Source: Leptogorgia sarmentosa (Eukaryota). Taken from it: a stretch of DNA of 64,000 nt. A model generated the notes under the pieces. It did no database searches, was not told the DNA's origin, and saw only the letters and a program-made list of their open reading frames with translations. The stretch covers positions 7,502,001-7,566,000 of the forward strand of contig OZ210885.1 in assembly GCA_964658305.1 (NCBI GenBank). Direction: 5' to 3'. The position numbers and the translations under genes were made by a program. Below are positions 54,301 through 64,000 of the stretch, one piece after another. Positions within the stretch are counted from its first letter, which is position 1. The number at the start of each line of letters is the position of its first letter.

Positions 54301-57300
54301 ACGCTCTGCACTGATATGAAGACAGAAAACCGGTGGTTAAATACAGTTGAATGGATAGCAGTCTTTCGTAGATTAATTAGGCCTACGTTAATTGCCTTTT
54401 GATTTGTATTCCCTGAGATAATTGCATATAATGAAAATAATTCCTTTGGTATTCTTATAACCAATCGTAATTACAAAATTTCAACTAGTTTCATGTAGTA
54501 AGATATTTTATATTTTATATTTTGATGTTTCGCTCGTGTTTTGTTTGTCATTGTCGTCTGTGTGTATCTAATATTCCGTATCTCTACACTCTTCCTTGTA
54601 TCCATATAATAAACAAATTACTTCATGCGCAGTTGGCTCGTTTGTTCAAATTTTATTATTTGCGAATCTCTATTTGCATCATTAACGAAAGGGAAATGTT
54701 TTATGAGATTTGGGGACTCTCTAAGACGGGAAGAGAGTACATAGAGATTGGCTACTTCACGGTGGGCGAGTGTATACAATTTTTATTCACTAATTGTGAT
54801 GGATCGCTAAATACGATCTTAGCTTATACGATCGTGAGCCTAGCGATCACAAGGATTAAATAATAACGGTACAAACGAGCAACTGTTAAGTTATTTGTTT
54901 ATTACAGGAGTATAAAGAAGCGTGTAGAGATACGGAATATTTGATACTGACAGACAACAATGACAAACAAAACGCAAGCAAAATATCAAGATATAAAATT
55001 TCTCACCACTTATTGCAAGGGCGATTTTTTCCCTTCAACCGTGGATAGATGCACACTCATTTCTCTTCTGGTTTGAAATATGTCAATACGATTGGAATGG
55101 ATAGTTACAGGGTTCCACATAAAGCGTATCATTGTTGTTATGCAGTTTCAGCGTGCGTTTCCAGTCCATTATTTTGATAGTTTATGGTCTAGTCCATTAG
55201 AATAAGGTTCAATATGCGACCACACTCCTAAATTCCGAAGTGTTCAGCGAACACTAAATAAGTGTAAATTTGCACAATTTTGGTGTGGCTAAATGGGTGA
55301 GAGGGCACGAATTTTCCTATATCGTGTTTTGCATTGATTAATTTCTTTGGAAATCCCTCCTATTATCGGTAATAAATACAAACCAGATTTTTTTATGAAA
55401 TTTATATAGCTGTATTTAAAATAGTGACAAATGGTCCAGCATGTGGGAACAATATTATATATTACATTACAATTTAAATTTGCATCTTAACTTTCACAAT
55501 CCGCTAAATCGTATCGCATTCTAATGTACTTTCTCACAATTCCTATAAATATCTAAAGGATGGTAGTCTAGTAGTTCATCGTAATTTATTGCTACAAAGT
55601 TATTTATCAATACAACGTCATATGAATGGAGGTGCTTGCGATAAGTAAAAAATACATCCCCATTTGTGATGATGAAAATATCTTCTATGATAAAAAAATG
55701 GCAACATGGGCGTACGGGCCCTATCTTGTTTGGGGGGGCACATTATTGTTTGCCCGACAGGACCTGTGGAACGACATTTGAAGTGGGGGGGGGGGGAGAC
55801 TGACAGATAAGGGGGGGGGCGAAGCTCACGAGGCGCCACCATGGTTGGCGCCGAGCGAGAAAATTTTAAAAATTTTGGGTCTCTAGATCGTTGGAAATGG
55901 CATTTTCAAGGTGTCGTATTATATCTCTTTCGTTATGAAATACATATTCGATCTGAAATACTTCAGCTTTGGAATTAGAATAATTCATATAGGATGTTTT
56001 AGAGGATAATGATTTTCATCGGATTGTTGATGTTATATTGTCTAATAAAGTTAATATTCTATCAACTATGATGGAGTTATGTTTGCCCGAATGATTCGAG
56101 CTCAATTGCCCGACCGTGAACGGGTTGGGGGGGGCACAGGCCCCCCCCCGTGCCCCCCCGGCCCGTACGCCCATGAATGGCAATATCGAATGCTGGTAGA
56201 CAACTGCTGTATAGGTTCCGGATATAATAACATCAACAAGCAACAAATTTCTACTTACTACCTAAACGTTAGAAAACATGCAAATTCACTGCCTATATCG
56301 TTCAGTTGGTGAGTAGAACTTTTGCTGCTTGTTAAAGTATCAAGCTATATTAGATACAGTATTTAATCCACTACTCAAGATTTTTCTTTTGATTGTATAT
56401 AAATCCTTAAATTGCAAAGATTTCTGCATTAATTTTAATAACGCGTCCAACCTGATCATTTGTGACTTACAGAAAATATCCTTTTGATGTTTACTTTAAT
56501 TTCTGAATTGATTATTTTTTCCTTCCTGATTAATAGGTGACCTTGAATGGGCAAAACATGTTGCAGTCTCTGCTGATGATCGCTATGTCGTGTCGCTGTC
56601 AAAGGATGTGGATATGTCAACGAAGTCCTCGATAAAGGTGTAGTACACAAGGCTACTAGCCATATACTGTGCATATAGAAATACAAAACAATAGAAACAT
56701 CCAAACACGACATAATGCGCGCGGTAACTCATTCATGACATGTAGAAATTATTTATGGGAATCGCGTAAAGTTCGTATTGTGTCGAGATAAGGTTTTATT
56801 ATAAATAATATTTATTGTGCATATTAAATATTGCCAATACAGTTGGACTACAAGAGCCGACAATTTGACAAAGTGTTAAATTTACATATAAACATGAAAG
56901 CAAAGTATATTGTTTAGAAATTGTATTCAATGTGCGCTCAACTTGATCAACAAGAAATGAAATGTCAATATACTCACGATCGATCTGGCCTAGGGAACTA
57001 TTATAATTTTCACTCGACGCGTGGAAAATTGAGTTACACACGAATATATCACGTTCCGACGTTCGATAACATGCTTCGCTTTGGATTCGGCAGACAATGC
57101 TTCCTCGCACAGTTTATTAATGTCCGTTTCTGTTTTCTCAACGAAAGGAACTCGCTAGAGCACACATACACACAATTTAGCCGGTCAAATCAAGACGCTG
57201 TTTATAGCGAACAAACGACGGCTATTGGTATGGCCCCGTTTGGCCCCTGTCAGACCCACATCTACTGTGACGTTGCTAGCTGAAACAATGCTTTTGCCTA

Positions 57301-60300
57301 CGTCGCAGTAGATATCGCGCGGAAAAAGGACTCGGGACGGGGGCCAAGAGGGGCCGAATTGAAATCTACTGTGACGTAGAGGGGCATTCAGCCATCTACC
57401 GTGACGTAGATGGCGCGTTTTAGCAGGGGTGACGCATAGAATGCGTGAAAATTAGAGCGAAATAATTGACGGTTTTACAAAAAGCGACTAAAGCGTTAAC
57501 GTTAGCGTATTTTTTTATGCGACAGATTTTACCAATGCTATCATTCCCGAATAGTTGAACTTGAATTCCTCGTAATTTGTTCGTGTAGAAGAAGCGATTT
57601 AAGGCGATTTGGACGCTTCAATGTTATAAATTTCAGAATTTTTAATCATAGTTCATTAGTTCTAATCATCACATTTATTTTTCCGCATAAATTATAAATA
57701 TGGAAAATTTCTGACTGGGGCTTTGGCCCCTGTGGCCCCCGTCTGGATCCGCCCCTGCCTGTAACGGGATGGTTGTTCACATATAAGATTGCGCTATCCA
57801 CTGAATAACGACATTAGTGAACACACCAACTCCAGGGGAAGAACGTTTCATCGAAACGTTAAATCTGTTTCTATCGTTTAGGTAGTGAGCAAGACTTGTT
57901 CTTTGTTGAATTTCCAAAAACAACCCGTTAAAACTCTGACGGGAATAAAACTTAAATATTTTGAAATTGCCTGCTTCTTATTCATTGCTTCCTCCGTATC
58001 TGCGATTTTATAGTTTTCCGAGCATTTTAACAACGGTTGAAACTTGAAATATTTGCTAACAAGTAAATAGCCCTTTCTGAACTTTCGACAATGTGCATGG
58101 CCGTACGTACGTTTCATTATTCGTATAACGAAAATTGCAATAGCCTCCTGAACTCAAGCAAACCAATCAAACTTCTTCAGTAGCTTTATTCACGCGGTTA
58201 TATACATGCAGTTAAACTGTTAAATGCACACATAAAGTATGAAGACATCAATTGAACAAAATCATTACCAAGAATATGTTACTAGAAAAGTGTTAGAGTG
58301 TTGGAAATTATATTTCTTATTTCAAACTCATAAGCCTAGTTGCAGTTGGTACTGTATCTTAGAATGCAGGCCCGCCGTAAGATGAGATTTCTGGACCACC
58401 CCCCTCCCCCACTCGCCTGAAGTCAATGAAGTCTTTTTTAATACAGTTATGAATTGATATGAGGTATTTTCCTGATGATCATGTTTATACCAATTGGACA
58501 AAATGCCCGAAAACATGTTTCTAAGCGCCTTATTTTAATGTATAACCCCCCCCCCCCCTCCCCCCACACACACAGGTAAACAGATTTCGTAATTGAAATT
58601 GTCATATGCGCAATACTTCAACAATTACGGTCGTCCCTATTTAGGTAGTAAAATGCATGTCGCACGCCAGAACGGTACGTCGAACCGACTTGACATAATA
58701 CACTGTTGGTATTTGTTGGTTGCCTTGTTGGTTAGCAAAGGATTAGCTAAAATTTCACACAATTTCTGTTTCACATTGCGGTAAAACGATTTTTTAGCAC
58801 TCGTTTAGGGAATATATTCGGAGCAACTAATTTAATCTAATAGTTAAATTTGCTTAGTTAAGGACCACAACTTACTAAACTTACTGAACTCGTTTCAAAG
58901 TTGGTTATCTCCTTCGCGCAAGGAGGGACTGGGCGCAAGACGATGTCCTTTTCAATTTACCATAAACTCGATCCATTGCTATTCGAGTTATGCGTTGAAA
59001 CAAGACAACCTTTTAAATAAAGGGTGCAAAATATCCCAATAATCGTCGCTCGTAGTACAAAGCAGTACATTCTGTAAATGTTGTTCATTAAGATGGCTTT
59101 CTGGGACTTTTGCGCGACTTGTTTTCATGAAGTGGCAAAACTTGCTGTTCGAGCCCTTTAACCCACTGATCTCGAAGTAATGAATTTATCATCCTTTTCA
59201 ATTCAGTGAATAATTTTGAAGTTAGAAAATTTGAAATGAGATGAAATACTAAAATGAGTGAAATCGAACGCAGTTTCCGTAAATGGTATCGCAACATTCA
59301 TGGTCGCATTGTAAAGAAAATGTCTTTTACATGTTCAAGACATACACAGAGCTTGTCATAACTTTCCTAGTGGTTTCTAGAACGTTTAAAAGCTTTATCA
59401 TGAATCACACGGCGTCCATCTTGTGTGACCTCATTAGTTATTCACGGCCAAATTTAAAAGGAAAAAGACGCCATTTTTGGAGGAAATTTATTCACACCAA
59501 TATGGCCGCCATTAGTTTATTTATGTATTACTGAAGCTTTGTCCAGTCATATATTGGTCAGTGTACGTATATTTTGGAAACTAAATCGTAAAAACTAATT
59601 TGCAACGTATTAACTAACTTTTTATGCTCTATCTGCATCTTTAAAAACTGACTTCCACTATTCGCTTTGAGTAGCACGCATAATATAAGTAACGAAACCT
59701 ATTCTGCTTGTTAGTTATTATATTCACAATTAGTTTTGATAAATCTTTATATAGTCACAAGTTTTAAGCTTCATACAGAATATTAATTTTTCTTTTTATT
59801 TTTTAAGGTGTGGAATTTGTCTGATGGCAGTGTGATGAATGAAATTGATAGCGATGGCTCACCTGAGATTGTTCGCTTTAGTTCTGATGGGTTGCAAGTT
59901 GTAATTGGATGCAAAGATAACCATGTGTTCATCTGGGACTGGCAAAAGCCTGATGCGTCTTTGAAAGAAGTCATTTTACCCGCGTCCTTTACAGTGGAAA
60001 TAGCATGCGATCGCAACATGATTTACACATGCAACCCTGATATGCATATTTGTGAAATCAATCCCGACTCTTTGCAAGTATCGACTGTACGTCAGCGGCC
60101 GAGGGTCGCACCTGTAATATCACCCGACGGCAAAGATCTTTTGTTTGGTTCGCTTCAGAATAATGTGTTTCTCCACGGGAAACTTTCGACTGATTGTTGG
60201 GTCGACCATAATGCAGGTGGGTAAATCAAGGACTATTTGAAACTTCTAAATACTTTTACAGGATTTTTTACTATATTCATACACACAATAATTTATATGT

Positions 60301-62438
60301 GTGAAATATCCGTTTTAAATGAGAGTATACTTTTCCCGAAAAATCAATGCATTCACTCGCGAATGAGTCAAATATTGAATTCGTATTAAAGGATTACGGA
60401 GAATACAATTAAAACGGTTTCGTCACCACTATCTACAAACCTGTATCCGTTATTTAGGTCGTGTTGCATGTAGCGAAAGAATACCAAAACTACGAGATTT
60501 CAAAAATTAGTCAAACCAATCCAATGCGCAATAATAGTCGAATCGAACACTGACAATTCCTGTTTTCTTCTATACGCTTGAAGCTCACGAAATTTACATG
60601 AAATATGTCGTTTTTAGTGCATAATCACTAACTATGCTGACTACGTTACTTATCGTTGCCGCTTATATTGTGTTTTCTGGGTCATCCTACTTGTAAGAAT
60701 GCAGGATGTATACATAAAGATCTACTGCGTTCTTTCGTAGATCTTTCGTTTCAACTTCATTTTTCAAATTGCTATTTTTGATCTCATCTTTTTCTAAACG
60801 GGTATTTTGCTACAGTAAGTTTCCCATCCATGTGCCTTCACGACATGACGGATGTCAACACATTGCAATTTTCATGCCAATTTTCGGCCGCTTTTATCTG
60901 CTGATTTCCAAATAAAGTTGAAGCCCGTTTCATTCATGAGATTACTTCCCTCATTTTTTGAATTTGACGAAAATTAGACGTCTAAAACGAGCCTAACTAG
61001 TCGCGCTGTGCGAACATACCTCATGATTTAAACCTCAGCTGAAGTTTTGGGGGATTAGCTGTCAATTGACACGGAAGTTCTGTTCCTTTCTACTAAACTG
61101 TCTTTCCATGAGCTTAGCTAAGACTGTTTTCAGCCCACTGTAAGTTTTTAGTCTAGAGTAAACGTATTCATAATAGAGAAATCTAGCGATCTCAAAAATT
61201 TGAAAATAATTTAAGAAACAATAATCCATCGCTACAATTGGTAAAAGTGTGTCAAAATTAGTATGCAATGATTGGGAACAATAAAAAACATATTATGGCC
61301 ATTCAAATTAAAGTTCGTGCTATGTTGTACGTACTATTTATCAGGTGAAAGTGATTGAATTTCGGAGGAATTGGGTGTGATTTACGGCCGTTTTCCATTG
61401 CAGTCGCTTTGCCCGCACGGGCAGAGCAAACATGTTTCAACTTTTGCTATGGGTGTTTAATCTGAGCGTTCTCTGTCTAATTTTCCCCGCGCGGACTATG
61501 TGCGGATTAGAAGTGGAACTATGTGCCCGCGCGACTGATTTTTGACGAGGTTAAAATCGTTCACTCCGCCCGCGAGGGCAAAACGACTGTAATGGAAAAC
61601 GGCCCTTTTTCCACTATAGTAGTCTTTTATTCACAACAGTGAATGACTTATTTTTGCGTTTTCTGTATCAGCGATGCATTTTCCTACCTGGATTAGAAGA
61701 AAATGTCTGACTATTGCTGCACCTGTAAAGGTTATACTTGTCGTCTGAAGGATATTTTTCAATGATTGGCAGGCTACACCGCTGAAGCGTGGCATACTTG
61801 AATACTTCAAATAAACATTTTACTTCCTTCATGCAGGTCACCCTGACGACTCGATAGTTACAGCAATTGACATCACATCAAATGGGAAATTTGCTCTGTC
61901 TGGAAGCAGTTCGGGAACATTGTCGCTGGTCGACATGGAGTGTTCTAAAAAAGTTCAATTCGCAAAGACCGAATCTGGGGTCGCCATACGTTTGGTCTGC
62001 GTATTAAGTGATGATGCCCGTTTCGTTTTTGTTGACGAGGTAAACAGAATCGAACTTAGAACTTTTAATGATATCGAGGCCAGTATGAAATTGGGTCAAC
62101 CAGAAGTTGAAGTCACCTGCATTACTGCTCTTGGTTCAAACTATGCATTGCTTGGTTGTGATGACGGAGAACTGTTATGGTTTCATCTTAACAATAACTC
62201 GCAGTTGAAGTTCCCAGCACACAAGGATGGCATTTCTCAAGTTAGAGGCGAGCTAGGAGGTCATGATCGTTCACGTCGCTTTGCATCGGGGTCTATCGGT
62301 GGGTCTGTGAAGCTTTGGAATGTTGAAGAAAACTTGCCGACGTTAATATGGTCACATGACAACATTTGTTCAGATCCCATTACCGCGTTTGAATTCGTGC
62401 CCTGCTCGCATGATATCATAGTTGTTTCTGGCAAAAAG
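32738..62438 (+). CDS. Spliced HEPN(DUF4559/CXorf38/DZIP3-like)-coiled coil-NB-ARC-WD40 STAND protein, APAF-1-like, 3'-incomplete
   Basis: Exons 32738-33323, 34236-34330, 36607-36811, 38083-38420, 38961-39603, 40591-41001, 45026-45271, 47873-48091, 49563-49775, 52583-52826, 53797-54029, 56537-56637, 59808-60216, 61837-62438. All have AG acceptors and GT donors, and the phases chain without frameshift (1,0,1,0,1,1,1,1,1,2,1,0,1,0). Total 4545 nt. NB-ARC and WD40 motifs are read directly from the translation. No CARD is visible, so it is not named APAF1. Confidence 0.88.
34236..34330 (+). CDS. Exon 2: linker (DILVDGRHAKLIAESVAELCRCIKNYDLDATK)
   Basis: Not in the ORF track. ttccag acceptor, AAG|gtttga donor. 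It converts the phase-1 end of exon 1 to the phase-0 start of exon 3. Confidence 0.65.
35693..36486. mobile_element. Hairpin-ended non-autonomous element (Crypton-type, inferred), intronic
   Basis: Imperfect inverted repeat with ~60-bp arms at 36330-36461, followed by terminus ATTACCTATACTAAT. The other end has ATTCTCGATTCTGATTG. Confidence 0.5.
36607..36811 (+). CDS. Exon 3: predicted coiled-coil/charged linker
   Basis: attcag acceptor; MEKLNNIQSTLLSKITEVERSAAENSEKLGHHSRELKRLAEK is heptad-like; donor G|gtagtg. Confidence 0.75.
38083..38420 (+). CDS. Exon 4: NB-ARC P-loop
   Basis: LPRDMVERPSEV...VVGIRGMGGLGKTILA (Walker A) and VIWLDVG; donor ACG|gtatgt. Confidence 0.93.
38961..39603 (+). 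CDS. Exon 5: NB-ARC Walker B, sensor I, GxP and winged helix
   Basis: CLVILDDVW, LLITTRN, CGDLPLALSLVG, FALFPEDTDVPLDILELFW; donor CAAG|gtaaat. Confidence 0.93.
40591..41001 (+). CDS. Exon 6: MHD-equivalent motif and APAF-1-type helical domain
   Basis: TYRLHDLLLGFAR; YYFKYLTYHL...LFFSFNWLYEKV...LISDF; donor TTAG|gtaatt. Confidence 0.9.
41176..41776. mobile_element. AcademH-like deletion derivative with RecQ-helicase remnant
   Basis: About 64-bp perfect TIR CAATCTCGTACCCTGAGCC...ATAATCCATG; 9-bp TSD CCGACCCAA. Internal frameshifted peptide LKECQ...KAVVVDRRDTLCILPTGY resembles RecQ motif 0/I. Confidence 0.8.
41572..41614 (+). ncRNA. Minimal type-I hammerhead ribozyme motif (Penelope pLTR fragment)
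   Basis: Stem I ATGTTC/GAATAT, core CTGATGA, stem II GACTGA-atc-TTAGTC, GAAA, palindromic AGCT, UH = TA. Confidence 0.65.
43020..44110 (+). pseudogene. Helitron/Helentron Rep fragment in intron 6
   Basis: Across frameshifts: FAPGEG; LRNLRGSPPYFEWCKKDVFAMIRELG; WFCSFSTAETQW; KDPVTYARNF; FFYCVEF; SPHIHGL (HUH motif). Confidence 0.85.
45026..45271 (+). CDS. Exon 7: end of helical domain and first WD40
   Basis: GRLL (continues GPQLL|GRLL) ...CGLANGSITIFD; ttccag acceptor. Confidence 0.85.
45931..46287. mobile_element. MITE with TAGGGACCTTAAGATC termini
   Basis: Imperfect TIR TAGGGACCTTAAGATC / GATCTTAGGACCCCTA. Confidence 0.55.
47873..48091 (+). CDS. Exon 8: WD40 repeats
   Basis: LLGHSDVVSCLAVSQSGTILASGSWDGSTILWR; donor G|gtaagc. 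Confidence 0.9.
48690..49150. mobile_element. Hairpin-ended non-autonomous element (Crypton-type, inferred), intronic
   Basis: Inverted repeat with ~115-bp arms at 48883-49124, apex CTCGGCC-gtaac-GGCCTCG, terminus TTTATGAAATATTAC. Confidence 0.55.
49563..49775 (+). CDS. Exon 9: WD40 repeats
   Basis: KTIKLWNADT...LVGHTECVTCV; donor AG|gtatgc. Confidence 0.88.
52583..52826 (+). CDS. Exon 10: WD40 repeats
   Basis: LVSASDDGTIKIWD; IISGFIEGSVRLW; phase-2 donor AG|gtgggt. Confidence 0.9.
53797..54029 (+). CDS. Exon 11: WD40 repeats
   Basis: VLTASEDGSIRVWN; CASKDGTFKVWD; tttcag acceptor matches phase 2. Confidence 0.9.
54512..54999. mobile_element. Old MITE with ~135-bp degenerate TIRs
   Basis: 54512-54648 is an imperfect reverse complement of 54868-54999 (e.g. 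AATATTCCGTATCTCTACAC / GTGTAGAGATACGGAATATT). Confidence 0.65.
55705..56175. mobile_element. hAT-type MITE
   Basis: TIR CATGGGCGTACGGGCC / GGCCCGTACGCCCATG; 8-bp TSD AATGGCAA. Confidence 0.85.
56537..56637 (+). CDS. Exon 12: WD40 segment
   Basis: Not in the ORF track. GDLEWAKHVAVSADDRYVVSLSKD...SIK joins VWN of exon 13 to give IKVWN; phases match. Confidence 0.8.
59808..60216 (+). CDS. Exon 13: WD40 repeats
   Basis: VRFSSDGLQVVIGCKDNHVFIWD; strong polypyrimidine acceptor. Confidence 0.88.
61385..61605. mobile_element. PIF/Harbinger-like MITE
   Basis: TIR GGCCGTTTTCCATTGCAGTCGCTTTGCCC / GGGCAAAACGACTGTAATGGAAAACGGCC; flanks TTA / TTT. Confidence 0.65.
61837..62438 (+). CDS. Exon 14: WD40 repeats (gene probably continues beyond the window)
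   Basis: GHPDDSIVTAIDITSNGKFALSGS; FASGSIGGSVKLWN; donor AAG|gtatgt. I found no further exon up to 64000. Confidence 0.88.
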
Positions 62439-64000
62439 GTATGTATATCATTTTCCAAACGAGTTTGTCAAATTGCAATTGAGCACTTATACACTTTTGA
62501 TGTAAAATATCAAACTTATATATACTGCGCAATGCAACCGCCATACTGCGAAAGTAAATTTACAGAATCTCAATTTCTAATTCGACGAAATAACGCGCTT
62601 AGATTTATATTGCGTAGTACAACCACAATACTACGAGGTCAGGTTTACAGAATCGCAACTTCTACTTCGATGATGTAAATGTACTATGAGTTCGAGTTCG
62701 AGTTATGAGTTCGTACATTTTTCGATTGAAATCTCGCATAAAATGCTTTATTTCATTTCTATATTTTTGTCAGGGCTAAAGTTCCCATCACCAAACATAA
62801 TTACAAAATTTCAACCAGTTCAATACAGAATAACAAAAGATATAATCGATATCATCCAATAAATCTAGCACTATAGCCACCAAGCACTTCTAGACAAATT
62901 ACTGGAATATATATAAGCTGCTTTACACCTACAAAAATTTCAACCATCTGCAAGTTTCACAAAGAAATAATTCTTACAAAAAGAAAATAAATCTTGTATA
63001 ACGTAAGGTTTGATCCACAAGCAGGAAAAACGGGGCGTGCCTTCCCGAACTAAGTCTAAAAACAAAGTAAGACAAAAATAAGAAGATATGACTGAATAAA
63101 CAAAAATATTTATATTTGGGTCATAAAAAAAGGAAAGGGTATGACAAAAAAAATTATCTGAATAGAAGGAGGAAAATTCGTACAGCAGATACCAATGTTA
63201 ATATAATATCTAACATGTCACAGCAAGTTACTGGGAAAATAGATATACCAAGACGTAGATTATCAAGCGAATTATATAATTCAACGCATCATATTTAACT
63301 GAAGTAAACACCAATGCAACTGTATTCTTTTTGCATGTGTAACAAGTTAACCCGTTGCGTAATAAAAAAATTTGAAAAGAGGATAATACATATCAACATT
63401 GTGAATACAGTTAATTCTTATATTGATATCATTGTGGTCAATTCCGTTGATTGTCAAAACTTTCAAGAACTGTACGAATTAAACATTAATTACAGAGGCG
63501 TTTACTAACTATTTTTATTAATTACACCGTTCCGAGCCTGCGTTGATTTTAAAAACAACCAAAACAACGCAGTATTAATTGCATATATGTTTGTTGTAAT
63601 ACCACTCGTGCTTCGCACATATTACAGTAATTTAGAAGGATAATTGATACGATAATTGCGAAACGCCATACTTCATTTACATTTAAACTCAATATGTTTC
63701 CTGCACACAAACTACCCCCCCCCCCCCCCCCCCCGCAACGATTTGCGCGCTTGCCTTCAGTCACTAATACTGCATGTGTAAATTAAATTCAACAATTCCA
63801 ATTCTGAAGGTAATTTTTTCAATTACTTTGTTACGTTTCAAGCAGTCACGCAACGAAGAAAACAAACTTAGCATTCCGCATCGGAATTTTTAATTTAAAA
63901 TACGTAATAATAAGTGTTAAAAATCGGAAGACGTTCATCTTATTTTGCTGAGTAAATAGCCAATGGAACAATTTTGTATTAAACAGTAAATTATTATTTT

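Noticed and set aside
32738..62438. Naming the gene APAF1
   Set aside because: No CARD is visible and orthology cannot be shown without a phylogeny.
62439..62678. Read-through C-terminus of ORF 61920-62678 as the true protein end
   Set aside because: There is a strong donor at 62439, and the downstream sequence matches a repeat also present at ~4630-4700.

Overview
AT-rich, intron-containing eukaryotic DNA. The repeat families and gene type suggest a marine invertebrate, probably a cnidarian; this is inference only. The right half (32.7-62.4 kb, + strand) holds one spliced gene that I assembled by hand from 14 coding exons with GT-AG boundaries and consistent intron phases (4545 nt, 1515 codons, 3' end not reached). 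It encodes an APAF-1-like STAND protein: N-terminal HEPN-like domain with an RNPWAH (R-x4-H) motif in place of a CARD, a coiled-coil linker, NB-ARC (GMGGLGKT, LVILDDVW, LITTR, CGDLPLAL, LHDLL), a helical domain and many WD40 repeats. The left half and the introns are filled with mobile DNA: a decayed Crypton-like tyrosine recombinase, hairpin-ended non-autonomous elements, a Kolobok derivative with a verifiable TTAA empty site, a DINE/HINE-like element, AcademH-like elements with 9-bp TSDs, nested hAT MITEs with 8-bp TSDs, a Penelope-like retroelement with hammerhead-ribozyme motifs, a Helitron Rep fragment, a foldback element carrying an 88/96-bp minisatellite, and a ~9 kb higher-order non-coding tandem duplication. 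I found no CRISPR array, rRNA or convincing tRNA gene.
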